This document shows positions 32,182-42,079 of a DNA stretch of 64,000 bases, piece by piece. The first letter of the stretch is position 1. Every line of letters starts with the position of its first letter. The notes under the pieces were generated by a model. It searched no databases. It worked only from the letters and a program-made list of their open reading frames with translations, and was not told where the DNA came from. The translations under genes were made by a program, and so were the position numbers. Source of the stretch: Planctomycetota bacterium (GTDB lineage: Bacteria > Planctomycetota > Planctomycetia > Pirellulales > Lacipirellulaceae); contig JBCCXZ010000004.1 in NCBI GenBank assembly GCA_039190745.1, forward strand, positions 55,698 through 119,697, in the 5' to 3' direction.

Positions 32182-33780
32182 ATGCGTTCATCCTTGAGGG
32201 CCAGTGTGCGCACGCGTGCCGGCATGCTGTCGTTGGCGGCATGGGCCGTGTGCGTGGTTGCGGGTATCTCCGCTCTCGCAACGGCCTCACCGGGAACCTG
32301 GATCGTTCTCGATCCGTCGATCGAGCCCCAGGACTTGGCGGCCGAGCAGATCGTCACCGGCATTGTGGAGCAGAGCTCCCAGCCAAAGTGGGTGGCCCCC
32401 CGTGTCAGCCGTCGTAAGTCGATCACGGCGAAGCAGCCGTCTAGTGACACGGACTCCACCAACCGCAGCAGCGGCATCCGCTGGATCAAGCCAGATCTCG
32501 TCAAGCCCGAAGAGAACGGGCCGAAGCTCGGCCCGGCTCAGCCGGCTGAGCCGAAGACTGCCGCTCCGGCTGAAGAACGGCTCGCTCGCCGACCTTCTGC
32601 CTCGAACGACTTAGCCTTATCAACCGACAAAGAAGCCGAGACGCTCCCGCAACAAGAAGCCAGCGACGCGCCCCTGGCAACCGAGACCGCCGAAGCGGAG
32701 ATAGCCTCCGCTTCCGATAAGCGGCCGGCGACCGAGCCAGCATTCCTAGAGGTCGCCGCCGACACAGCAGGACTTACACAGCAGCAGCAGCGGCTCAGAA
32801 AAAAGATCCGCCAGGTCCTTCGGCACTACTACAACCGACCGTTCAACACCCGCGACCGCAGCCCCTGGGAAATCATGCACGCGGCCCTTGCGTTCGAGGT
32901 GCACAGCAAGGTGCTCCAGGGCGGCCCGACCGGCAAGCCGATCACCGCCATCGGCTGGCTCACCTTCAACCAGCCCTCCAAACGCCGCACGCTGATGCAC
33001 TTCAATGACGCCGGCGACCTCCGGGTTCGTGTCGGCCCGGCCCTGCAGGGGCACCACGGGCAGCTGCTGGCCATCCTCGCCCAAACCCGCGTCGGGTCCG
33101 ACTACCCGCTGGAAGTCGACGGCGACCAAATGACCATCGACGACCTCATCGAGATGGAGAAGCTCACCTGCTACCCCCGGACCGAGCTCACGTTCAAACT
33201 GATCGGGCTCTCCCACTACCTGCCCTCCGACGCCCGGTGGGTGAACGACCAGGGCCAGTCCTGGGACGTCCGCCGGCTGATCCGTGAGGAGATCCGCCAG
33301 CCGGTTCGCGGCGCCGCCTGCGGCGGCACCCACCGCTTGGGCGGGCTCACCCTGGCCTACAAGAAGCGCATCCAACGCGGCGAACCGGTCGACGGCGAAT
33401 ACCTCCAGGCCCAACAGTTCTGCCGCAAGTACCAGAACTACGCTTACCGTCTGCAGAACTCCGACGGCAGCCTCAGCACCGAGTGGTTCCGAGGCCCCGG
33501 CTCCGAACCCGACACCGACAGGCGTCTCAAGACCACCGGCCACTTGCTGGAGTGGCTGCTGTACGTCTCGACCGAAAAGGAGCGGGCCTACTGGCGTACC
33601 ACGCGAGCAGCCAATTACCTGGCGAACCTCATGCTCCGCAACCGCTACCGCGACTGGGAGGCCGGGCCGCTGGGGCACGCCATCCACGCCCTGGTGCTCT
33701 ACGACCGGATGGTCTTCCAAGAAGACCTGGCGGCTCCTTCCGATGTCGCGAGCCAACCCCGCGCCGGCAATCGGCGTTAG
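32182..33780 (+). CDS. Secreted hypothetical protein (low-complexity N-terminus, helical C-terminal domain)
   Basis: Signal-like N-terminus; conserved-looking motifs QGHHGQLLAILAQ, ACGGTH, QNSDGSLS, GHLLEWL. Confidence 0.75.
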   Translation: MRSSLRASVRTRAGMLSLAAWAVCVVAGISALATASPGTWIVLDPSIEPQDLAAEQIVTGIVEQSSQPKWVAPRVSRRKSITAKQPSSDTDSTNRSSGIRWIKPDLVKPEENGPKLGPAQPAEPKTAAPAEERLARRPSASNDLALSTDKEAETLPQQEASDAPLATETAEAEIASASDKRPATEPAFLEVAADTAGLTQQQQRLRKKIRQVLRHYYNRPFNTRDRSPWEIMHAALAFEVHSKVLQGGPTGKPITAIGWLTFNQPSKRRTLMHFNDAGDLRVRVGPALQGHHGQLLAILAQTRVGSDYPLEVDGDQMTIDDLIEMEKLTCYPRTELTFKLIGLSHYLPSDARWVNDQGQSWDVRRLIREEIRQPVRGAACGGTHRLGGLTLAYKKRIQRGEPVDGEYLQAQQFCRKYQNYAYRLQNSDGSLSTEWFRGPGSEPDTDRRLKTTGHLLEWLLYVSTEKERAYWRTTRAANYLANLMLRNRYRDWEAGPLGHAIHALVLYDRMVFQEDLAAPSDVASQPRAGNRR

Positions 33781-33917
33781 AGCGACCTGTCTGCCGCACA
33801 GCTCTGCCCCGGCCACTACCCGCCCGCATTGTGCCCCGCTGCGCGGTGGTCTACATTGCACCGGGTAAGGCCATTCTGGTCACTTTTTTGCGGAACCGTC
33901 GGCCCCTGCCGCGTGCT

Positions 33918-34853
33918 ATGCCACCAGCCAGCAAGTTCTCTGAACAACTCAAGTCGATCTGTTCCGCGGCGGCTCGGCTTGGCAAACAGCAGGACGCAGA
34001 AGCCCTTCTGGTGCTCGTCGAGCGGCAGCTCAAGTGGAGCGAACTCAGGGACAACCTCGGCTCGTGGAAGATTATCGTCGCCGCCGACCGCGAGGAGCAC
34101 CTCGAGGGCAGCAAAGAGGCGGGCTTCGACTCGATCCTGCTGACCGTGCCCGACAGCCCCGTCCACGACCAGCTCACCCAGGCGATGCTCGAGAGCGTCG
34201 CCGACGACCTCCTAGCGCCCGGCGCCCTTGTCGTCGCCCTGTATAGCGGCTTCGACGTCGGATCGATCGACTCGATGAGCGTCATCCGCCTCGACGAGCA
34301 CCTCGGCCGCCTCACCGTCCGCGACCTCCGTCAGCTCGAAACCCGCGTGCCCCTGGAAGTGCTCAAGCAGGCGGTCGATCTAGCCGTGGATATCGGCCGC
34401 GAGGGCCGCGAGGGCAAACCGGTCGGCACGCTGATCGTCGTCGGCGACCACCGCAAGGTGCTCAAGCACTGCCGGCCGATGGGCTTCGACCCCGTGAAGG
34501 GCTACAACTCCGCCGAGCGGAAGCTCGACGAGAGCCGCGTCCGCGAGTCGATCAAAGAAATCGCCCAGCTCGACGGGGCGATCGTCGTCAGCGCCGACGG
34601 AACCGTAGCGGCCGCCTGCCAGCATCTCTCCGCCCCGTCGGCGGAACTGACCCTCAGCAAGGGCCTCGGCGCCCGCCACTGGGCCGCCGCCTCGATCAGC
34701 CGCGCCACCGCCGCGATCGCAATCGCCGTCAGCGAGTCGAACGGCACGGTGCGCATCTTCCAAGACGGCGAGGTGATGCTCCGCGTCGAGCCCTTCCGCA
34801 GGGCGATGAAGTGGAAAGACTTCGAGTACGACCCGCCCGGCTCGGGGGACTGA
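33918..34853 (+). CDS. DisA_N/DAC-domain protein (diadenylate cyclase, DacZ-like)
   Basis: EGREGKPVGT, QLDGAIVV (DGA), GLGARHWAA (RHR-motif variant), AVSESNG. Confidence 0.85.
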   Translation: MPPASKFSEQLKSICSAAARLGKQQDAEALLVLVERQLKWSELRDNLGSWKIIVAADREEHLEGSKEAGFDSILLTVPDSPVHDQLTQAMLESVADDLLAPGALVVALYSGFDVGSIDSMSVIRLDEHLGRLTVRDLRQLETRVPLEVLKQAVDLAVDIGREGREGKPVGTLIVVGDHRKVLKHCRPMGFDPVKGYNSAERKLDESRVRESIKEIAQLDGAIVVSADGTVAAACQHLSAPSAELTLSKGLGARHWAAASISRATAAIAIAVSESNGTVRIFQDGEVMLRVEPFRRAMKWKDFEYDPPGSGD

Positions 34854-34895
34854 CCGCCCGTGGACGGATCGCCCACCGGCGACGCCGAGAGGCTT

Positions 34896-36560
34896 CTACC
34901 CAGCGGTGCGTATGCGGCTCTTGCCGAGGGTAATAAGCCCTACCAGAGAAACCAACCCGACCGAAGACGGCTCAGGTACCGATGTAGCCGCCGGCAGCGG
35001 ACCGGTGTACTGCTGCTGCCAAATCATCAGGTCGGCGAGGTCCGCGTCGGCGTCGAAATCGGCATCCCCGAAATCATCGAGCGGCAGCAATCCGAACTGG
35101 ACGCCGAGGTCCCAAGAAATGAGATCCAAGTTATCAACATCGCCATCGTCGTCGAAGTCGGCAGTCGGCACCGGCTCGACCACCGAGAAGCTGATCGGCA
35201 TCGAAAAGCTGCCCGCCTCAACCGCCTGACTGCTGCTGGTAACGGTGATCGTGCCGGACTTACCCGCCCCCAGCGTCGACGTGTCCAGCTCAATCTGTTC
35301 CATCTGCGCGCCGCCGGTGGCGGGGTCTAGACCGAGAATCTCGCCCATCGGATCGCCGCCGATCAGAAGATCGCCCGATACGGTAATCGAGTAGTCCAGC
35401 TCGTCGGCGCCGTTCACGTTGAGGGCATTCGCGATGTTCTCGATCATCACGTCAACGCTAACCGCCTCGCCCAAGTCAACCTCGGTTGGAACAGCCCCCA
35501 CGACAACGTCCATCCAAGCCGGCAGCTGGTAGTCGGCCACCACCGGCAGGTGGTCACTGAAGTCGTGCAACGCCTGCAGCACGTTCGCGGGCTGCGAACG
35601 ACCAATCGAGGGCGTCGTAATCGCTTGGTTGTACGACGTGCCGTCGTTTCCAAAGGCTTGGTACGAGTGGTCGAGCGACTCGAGCCCCGTTGAAGTGGGG
35701 CCGATATAAGAGAGCCCTTCACCGTCGAGCAGGTCGTCAGAGATGATCTGCAGGTCAAACCTGTCGTCCATCCCGCTGCCGGCCCCGCCGCCGAAGCTGA
35801 CGTTCCGCGTCGACTGGGTCATGTGCTCGGCCTCGAATAAGCTCGGCCAAGAAGCCAGCTGCAACGGATCGGACGCACTGGTGTTGCCGTTGCCGCCCTG
35901 CAAATTCGCGTACCCGGCCTCAAAGCTGTCGCCGTAATTGAAGTCTCCCGCAAAAATCACATTCGCATCAGCGCCCAAAGCATCTGCGTTCGCTACGATC
36001 ACGTTGCTGGCCGCAGCCCGAGAGGCAATATCGCTAGGCCCGTCATCCGCCTTAAGGTGTGCTGAGTAAACGTAGAGGTCCGCGTCGGGGCTCGTGTAAC
36101 CGACGGGGCGGAATTGGGCTCGGAGGGTGAACCGACCGTTTGGCCCGCCGGAAGTCTGGGCTGTGCCGAGCAAAGACAGTGTCGAGGTATCGTAAACAAT
36201 CCCCGTGCGATCGAAGCCGTTGTTGGTCAGCATCGAGGTGTAGCTGGTCACGCCGTACAGGGCGTTGAGTTGGTCGGCCATGTCGACGGCCGTGCCGCTC
36301 GTCGAGGAGATGCCGGTCTGCTCTTGGACGGCGATCACGTCTACCCGCTTCGCGACGCCATTGACCGACTTGATGCCGATAGCTTCCATGATCGTCTGGA
36401 AGTCTGTGTTTTCAGCTGATGTCGTGGGGTTGTCGAGCGTATTGTAGGACACCACACGGATGGCGGCCTGCAATCGCGACGGTGCGACCGAGACGGCCAA
36501 GATCAGGAATGCTGTGCTGACAACAACAAGGCTTAAGCGAGGCTTGGTTTGCATCGGCAT
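34896..36560 (-). CDS. Secreted endonuclease/exonuclease/phosphatase (DNase I-like) with PEP-CTERM anchor
   Basis: VSYN, VQE, AHLKA, AGDFN, FD, SDHLPV; D-x-D-x-D-G-D repeats; VPEP + TM + basic tail. Confidence 0.88.
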   Translation of the reverse strand: MPMQTKPRLSLVVVSTAFLILAVSVAPSRLQAAIRVVSYNTLDNPTTSAENTDFQTIMEAIGIKSVNGVAKRVDVIAVQEQTGISSTSGTAVDMADQLNALYGVTSYTSMLTNNGFDRTGIVYDTSTLSLLGTAQTSGGPNGRFTLRAQFRPVGYTSPDADLYVYSAHLKADDGPSDIASRAAASNVIVANADALGADANVIFAGDFNYGDSFEAGYANLQGGNGNTSASDPLQLASWPSLFEAEHMTQSTRNVSFGGGAGSGMDDRFDLQIISDDLLDGEGLSYIGPTSTGLESLDHSYQAFGNDGTSYNQAITTPSIGRSQPANVLQALHDFSDHLPVVADYQLPAWMDVVVGAVPTEVDLGEAVSVDVMIENIANALNVNGADELDYSITVSGDLLIGGDPMGEILGLDPATGGAQMEQIELDTSTLGAGKSGTITVTSSSQAVEAGSFSMPISFSVVEPVPTADFDDDGDVDNLDLISWDLGVQFGLLPLDDFGDADFDADADLADLMIWQQQYTGPLPAATSVPEPSSVGLVSLVGLITLGKSRIRTAG

Positions 36561-36841
36561 AGGGATAGGGATCTCGTTCTTGGCCCGCATTCGGTTTGGC
36601 AGAGAGGGCGGAACAATTCTTAGTGAGAAGAGTGCTCTCTAGAGCCCCTTGGCGTGGTAGCCCCTTGGCGCGGTGCGTCGAACGCGAGCAACGCCGACAG
36701 GCTGTCTCCGAACTCCTGAGCAGGGCTGCCTATCGAGTTATCAAACAACTCGGCCGCGCCCATCGGATGGACGCGGCCGAGTCTACAGTAAAACCACTAG
36801 CGACGAACAACGCCAGCAAATTGCGGCGTCGTGAGCCGCAC

Positions 36842-38143
36842 TTAGCCGTTGCGGCGACGGCCGGCGAGCAAGGCCAAGCCCAGCCCGACGAGCGACACGG
36901 CGGCCGGCTCGGGAACGGCGCCGACGGCCGAGACCGGCAGTTCACCGGTGCCGAACTCGCTCTCGAAGTCGCCGTTGAGGTCTTCACCCAAACGCTGACC
37001 TGCGAGTGCGTCGGCTACGTCGACATCGCCGTCCGAGTCGTAGTCTGCGTTCAGGCTCGGGATCAAGTCGCCCTCGATAACCAGGTTATCGAACACCACC
37101 ACCTCTTGGTCGCTGTTGTTGTTTCCGTTGTAGGAGAGCGAGAGAGTGGTGCCCGTACCGGAGACAGGAAAGGTAAACGTCGTCAAGTCGTTATCCAGTG
37201 CGGTCCCACCGTTCACAAGGAGCGGCTCGAGGTAGAGTTCAAGCTCTTGGGCATCGGACTCGAACGGAGTGCCGCTGGTGGGCGTAACGTACTCGCGGTA
37301 GGCCCTGCTGGTGGTGCCGTCCTGCCTCTCGGTGAGTCCGTCCATATCGGTATCGAATGTGTTGAAACCGATGATTTCAGTCCCGTCGCTGGCAATGAAC
37401 GCGGGCCCAATCGAACCGGCGACAGGCAGGTCAAACGGGGTGGTCTGGCCGGCCCATTCATTCCAGGCCACGTCCTCGAAGAAGGCGCCGAAGAAGTCGG
37501 TGTAGGTGACGCCGCCTTCCATGGTCACCGAGTAGCAGGTCACGCAAGGAGCAGCGCCGCTGGGGCCGGTCTCCTCCGCGTAGGCAAGCGACATCAGCGG
37601 CTGTGCCGTCCCGCCGTCGATGCTGGCGGTTAGCGAGTGCACGTCGGACGCCTCGAAGTTGCCGATCGCGGCCAAGTCGAGCGACACGCTGATGTTCTGG
37701 TAACCGCTGATGTCGAACGTCCAGTCGATAGAAACGTCACCCGAAAGGTTATTGCTGTTGGCGGTGTCGGACATGGCTACGACCCCATCGGTCTTGCTGC
37801 TGCCAAGGACACCGAACTGGTCCCCGGCAAAGCTGCCGGCCGAGTCGTCGGCGACGTCGAAGTTGATGCCGCGGGTGGTGACGCCGAAGTAGTCGAAGTT
37901 GCTGCCGCCGAAGGTGCCCGGGTTGCCGCCGAAGCCAGTGTTGTCGGCGTTGTTGGGCGTGAAGGTCCGTGAGGTAAAGTTCGACGCCGACGCGTCGCTG
38001 CCTACCTGGAAGAAAACTCCCCCCAAGGGCGAGAACGCTGAGTTGAAGTCGTCGCGGCCGATCTCTACGGCGAAACCCGGCGTGGCAACGGCGAGCGCGG
38101 CCAAGAGGCCGGTGATGCCTCTACGCTTGATGCTGTTGGTCAT
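36842..38143 (-). CDS. PEP-CTERM surface protein
   Basis: Signal peptide, acidic beta-rich body, ADYDSDGDVD repeat, VPEPAAVSLVGLGLALLAGRRR. Confidence 0.88.
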   Translation of the reverse strand: MTNSIKRRGITGLLAALAVATPGFAVEIGRDDFNSAFSPLGGVFFQVGSDASASNFTSRTFTPNNADNTGFGGNPGTFGGSNFDYFGVTTRGINFDVADDSAGSFAGDQFGVLGSSKTDGVVAMSDTANSNNLSGDVSIDWTFDISGYQNISVSLDLAAIGNFEASDVHSLTASIDGGTAQPLMSLAYAEETGPSGAAPCVTCYSVTMEGGVTYTDFFGAFFEDVAWNEWAGQTTPFDLPVAGSIGPAFIASDGTEIIGFNTFDTDMDGLTERQDGTTSRAYREYVTPTSGTPFESDAQELELYLEPLLVNGGTALDNDLTTFTFPVSGTGTTLSLSYNGNNNSDQEVVVFDNLVIEGDLIPSLNADYDSDGDVDVADALAGQRLGEDLNGDFESEFGTGELPVSAVGAVPEPAAVSLVGLGLALLAGRRRNG

Positions 38144-38881
38144 GAGTACTCTTGTCCTTCTCTAAGGTGTTTCCGTCGCGGTAAGTTACCCCACGCAACC
38201 CAACGCAACCCATCTTCAAAAAGTGCTTGTGTCTACTCTCTCTAGCAAGGCCCGGAAGCCCCGTCTCGAACTCCATCGAATCGACTGCTGCACCGACGAT
38301 CATCGATAAGCCGTCAGGACGATGAAACTAACGTTTCTGTTGCCTCCAAACCGGAGCCGAAACAAGGCGGAATCAGCCAGCCGCCATAGCAGTCGGCAGT
38401 TACTCCCCCTATCCGACTAGCGAACAACCGGCGATGTCTCCAATTGACGATATCTCCCAAAAGAACACTGTCTCCTACAAAGAACGCTCAACGCCAGACC
38501 TCGCCGGGAACACCCGTTGCTCGATACTCAATGGCGCGAAGGGGCACCCTCCGAAGACCATAGTTCGAGCGCAGAAATGAGCGGCGTGGTACCTGGCGAG
38601 CCCTCAGGCCGCAGGCGTAGCAAGGCGGGAAACGAATCAAACTCCAAAAACAGTAGGCGGTCGTATTCTAAGGTCGACGGCGCACAGAAATCAATCATTT
38701 GACCGGCAAGTTCACGAATACTTCTCGAAATCGACTAGGATTCAGGCGATTCTATTTCTCCTAGCCTAGTAGAATCGAATCGTGGCACTGCGCAAGAAAG
38801 CCTACTGTTCTCGAAAGCCGGAGCCTCTTGTTTTCCGTGCAGGTAAAACGCATGAGATGGTACGGCAAGGCCCATTTACCA

Positions 38882-40282
38882 ATGGATCGCGAAGAGTCAT
38901 CCGGAGCGACGCAGGCCTCTTTGCTCCAGAATACGCGTTCAAGTGGGACGGTAACGTGTTTCCTCGCCCTGGCCTTCGGATTCTTGACGCCCTGCTTGGG
39001 TGAAGCCCAGGTCGGCGCCGCGGAGCAACAAGAAACCGTCCGCTTTGCGACGTTCAACGTTTCGCTTTACGGTCAGAACCACTCAGAAGTTGCATCAAGA
39101 CTAGCCAGCCGAGGCGATCCCCAGATCTCGGCAGTTGCTGAGATCATTCGCCACGTGCGGCCCGATGTCCTGCTCTTGAATGAGTTCGACTTCCCCTCAG
39201 TAGCAACAGGGCCCGTCGAACCTACCGCGGAGAGTCGTCTGCAACTGCTCAAACTCTTCCAGCAAAATTACTTAGAGACCCCGCAAACCGACGGCGATCC
39301 GACCGCAAAGGCATCAGAACCAATCCGCTTTGCGCATCGCTTCACTGCTCCGGTCAACACCGGAGTCCACTCGGGCTTCGACCTCGACCGAAACGGAAGC
39401 ACCGACCCCAACCCAGGTTCCGCCGACTACAGCGGTGACTGCTGGGGCTACGGCGCCTACCCCGGGCAGTACGGCATGGCGGTGCTTTCGCGGTACCCAA
39501 TCGACTACCAAGGAATCCGAACATTCCAGCAATTCCTATGGAAAGATATGCCCGGGGCAAAACTACCCAACGACCCCGCTGGTGCAGAGGCTGCAGGTTG
39601 GTACTCGAAAGAGGCTCTAGCGGGCTTTCGCCTGTCCTCAAAGAGCCACTGGGACGTGCCGATCGTGATCGGCTCTCGCCGGCTCCACCTCCTCGCCTCG
39701 CACCCCACGCCCCCTGTGTTCGATGGCCCCGAGGACCGGAACGGGCGACGGAATCACGACGAGATTAGGCTTTGGGCCGACTACCTTTCAGGAGGAGAGA
39801 CCGCGGCATACCTCTACGACGACCAGGGAAGACGAGGCGGCCTGGATCCCGAGACGCTGTTTCTCGTGGCCGGAGATTTGAACTGTGATCCGGTAGACGG
39901 AGAGGGTGGCGCCGCCATTCAGCAGTTGCTGAAGCACCCGAAGATCGAGCCGTTGCCCGTCCCGGCGTCAGCCGGGGCCGCCGAGCAAGCCAGGCTGCAG
40001 GGCGGCGCCAACGCTGGTCACGCGGGCAGCCACAGCCACGACACCTGCGATCCGCCCGATGCCGACGGCCCAGGCAACCTGCGGCTCGACTACGTTCTGC
40101 CCTCGCAAGGCCTAAGGATTAAAGGCTCTGGGGTATTCTGGCCCGAGTCCGCCGATCCCCTGTTTGGGCTTGTCGGGACTCATCCCTTCCCGAGCTCCGA
40201 CCACCGGCTGGTTTGGATCGATGTGATCATGGGAGCCCGCTCCTCGATTACTGCTGCCTCGCAGAAATCCGCGGATCATTAG
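38882..40282 (+). CDS. Secreted endonuclease/exonuclease/phosphatase family protein
   Basis: FATFN, LLNEFD, SSKSHWDVP, SHPTPPVFDGPEDRNGRRNHDEI, GDLN, RLDYVLP, SSDHRLVW. Confidence 0.88.
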   Translation: MDREESSGATQASLLQNTRSSGTVTCFLALAFGFLTPCLGEAQVGAAEQQETVRFATFNVSLYGQNHSEVASRLASRGDPQISAVAEIIRHVRPDVLLLNEFDFPSVATGPVEPTAESRLQLLKLFQQNYLETPQTDGDPTAKASEPIRFAHRFTAPVNTGVHSGFDLDRNGSTDPNPGSADYSGDCWGYGAYPGQYGMAVLSRYPIDYQGIRTFQQFLWKDMPGAKLPNDPAGAEAAGWYSKEALAGFRLSSKSHWDVPIVIGSRRLHLLASHPTPPVFDGPEDRNGRRNHDEIRLWADYLSGGETAAYLYDDQGRRGGLDPETLFLVAGDLNCDPVDGEGGAAIQQLLKHPKIEPLPVPASAGAAEQARLQGGANAGHAGSHSHDTCDPPDADGPGNLRLDYVLPSQGLRIKGSGVFWPESADPLFGLVGTHPFPSSDHRLVWIDVIMGARSSITAASQKSADH

Positions 40283-40417
40283 GAGCATTGGGGGCTAAAG
40301 CGTTGGCACGCAGGTCCTTGTTTCTTAATATGTGCCTGATAACTTCCTGAAAAGGCGATGCCCTCCCTGCGGCATCGCGAACGCTCGGCCATCTGGCAAA
40401 CACCCCGGCTAGCAGCT

Positions 40418-41608
40418 ATGCCCTCCCACCTACGCTCGCCCAATCGTCGCGCCCACGGCGCCGCCTTCCGCGCCTTCACTCTGGTCGAACTGCTCGTGGT
40501 GATCGCCATCATCGGCGTGCTTATCGCGTTGCTTCTGCCTGCCATCCAGTCGGCCCGCGAAGCCGCACGCCGCACGCAGTGCACCAGCAACATCCGCCAG
40601 ATGGCCATCGCCGCCGCTAATTACGAGAGCGCACAAGGCCGCTTTCCGCCCGGCAGGTTGGCCCCCGACGCCACCGTACGAAGAGGGGCAATCCTGCTTC
40701 CTACTTCTGTGGGCTCGAATTATCGGGACGTGCAGGAAGGCGGTAATTTCGCCACGACCGGGTTCTACTCAGTCCACATTTGGTTGCTCCCATACATGGA
40801 GCAAGCGAACGTCTACAACCTCATCGACTTCGACAGAATCCAAGTCAAGAGGATGTTGAACCCTCGGAACATCCACTTCGACGCCTACGCAACTGCCCAA
40901 GGCATTTTTCTCTGCCCGAGCGACGGGCTTTTCGAACTGGTGATATCTGAGAACAGCTACCGGAGCAACTTCGGCGGCTCGACACCCGGGGCGGGGCAGA
41001 AGGGCGGGGTTCCCTACGATGAGAGTTTCGAGCAGACCGACTCCGACCTCTGGCATCCAGGCGGCAATGGCGCATTCACGATGGACGAAGAAGGGCTCGA
41101 CGCCCGCGTGTTCACAGACGGGCTCTCCAATACCGCGTTCTTCTCCGAAAGGCTCGGCGGGAGCGGGGCGCCGGAAGACGGCACGAGCATCCCTACCCAG
41201 CGCGACATGATGCGGTGCCCGGAGAACTCTTTTGAAACTGATTCGGATTTCGAGCCGGCATTCCTCTCCGGTGAGAGTATTGCTAGGACGCCCCAAGGTT
41301 TTGTTTTCGGCGGTGCGGGAAGGTGGCTGCCCGGCAGCGACTGGTCGAACGGCTGGCCCTTCGCCGGTTACGACAGCACCCAGTACAACCACGTCGCACC
41401 GCCGAATTGGTCTGGCATCGACTGCGGCGTCAACTTCATCCCCGATACCCCCACCGAGCACGCCATCATTGCCGCCCGCAGCAATCACCCGGGAACTGTC
41501 TTGGTTGCCTTCGGCGACGCACACACCGAAACGATCTCGGACGACATCGACCTGCTGGTCTGGCGAGCCCTCGGTTCTAGGAACGCTTCAGACTCTGCCT
41601 CGAGGTAG
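40418..41608 (+). CDS. DUF1559 prepilin-type N-terminal cleavage/methylation protein
   Basis: [54 protein letters not shown]...FGDAH. Confidence 0.93.
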   Translation: MPSHLRSPNRRAHGAAFRAFTLVELLVVIAIIGVLIALLLPAIQSAREAARRTQCTSNIRQMAIAAANYESAQGRFPPGRLAPDATVRRGAILLPTSVGSNYRDVQEGGNFATTGFYSVHIWLLPYMEQANVYNLIDFDRIQVKRMLNPRNIHFDAYATAQGIFLCPSDGLFELVISENSYRSNFGGSTPGAGQKGGVPYDESFEQTDSDLWHPGGNGAFTMDEEGLDARVFTDGLSNTAFFSERLGGSGAPEDGTSIPTQRDMMRCPENSFETDSDFEPAFLSGESIARTPQGFVFGGAGRWLPGSDWSNGWPFAGYDSTQYNHVAPPNWSGIDCGVNFIPDTPTEHAIIAARSNHPGTVLVAFGDAHTETISDDIDLLVWRALGSRNASDSASR

Positions 41609-41610
41609 CG

Positions 41611-42048
41611 ATGCACCACCCGCGGGCTCTGATCTCCTGGATTTGCATGGCCGCATTATTGCCCGGTTGTGGCGGTACTCCGGCGGACGTAGTCAGCAAT
41701 CGCGAGGCTTCCGCGAAGGCCTGCGAAGAAGCCGAACAGGCCTTCAAGAAGGGCGACTTCCAGACCGCCAAGAGCAAATTCGAAGCCGCCTTTGAGATCG
41801 GCAACCTGCAGCTCGATCTCTACGCCGAAGCTCTCGTCAAGCACGCCGTCTGCATGGCCGGCGTCGGCGAGGTCGAGCAGGCCGCCCGGAAGCTCGACGA
41901 GCTCGAACAGCAGCCCATTCCCGAGGACTTAATCCTCTCCGCCCGCAGCTTCGTACTCGAGAAGCAGGGCAAAAAGCGCGACGCCAAACTCGCCTGGAGC
42001 CGGGCCCGGAAGATCAACCGCATGGTTCCCAAGTTCGACTTCAAGTAG
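41611..42048 (+). CDS. TPR-like lipoprotein
   Basis: LLPGC lipobox; helical TPR-like repeats; directly follows the DUF1559 gene. Confidence 0.7.
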   Translation: MHHPRALISWICMAALLPGCGGTPADVVSNREASAKACEEAEQAFKKGDFQTAKSKFEAAFEIGNLQLDLYAEALVKHAVCMAGVGEVEQAARKLDELEQQPIPEDLILSARSFVLEKQGKKRDAKLAWSRARKINRMVPKFDFK

Positions 42049-42079
42049 CCGCAGCGCGACACCCACCGCTTCGCTCAGC

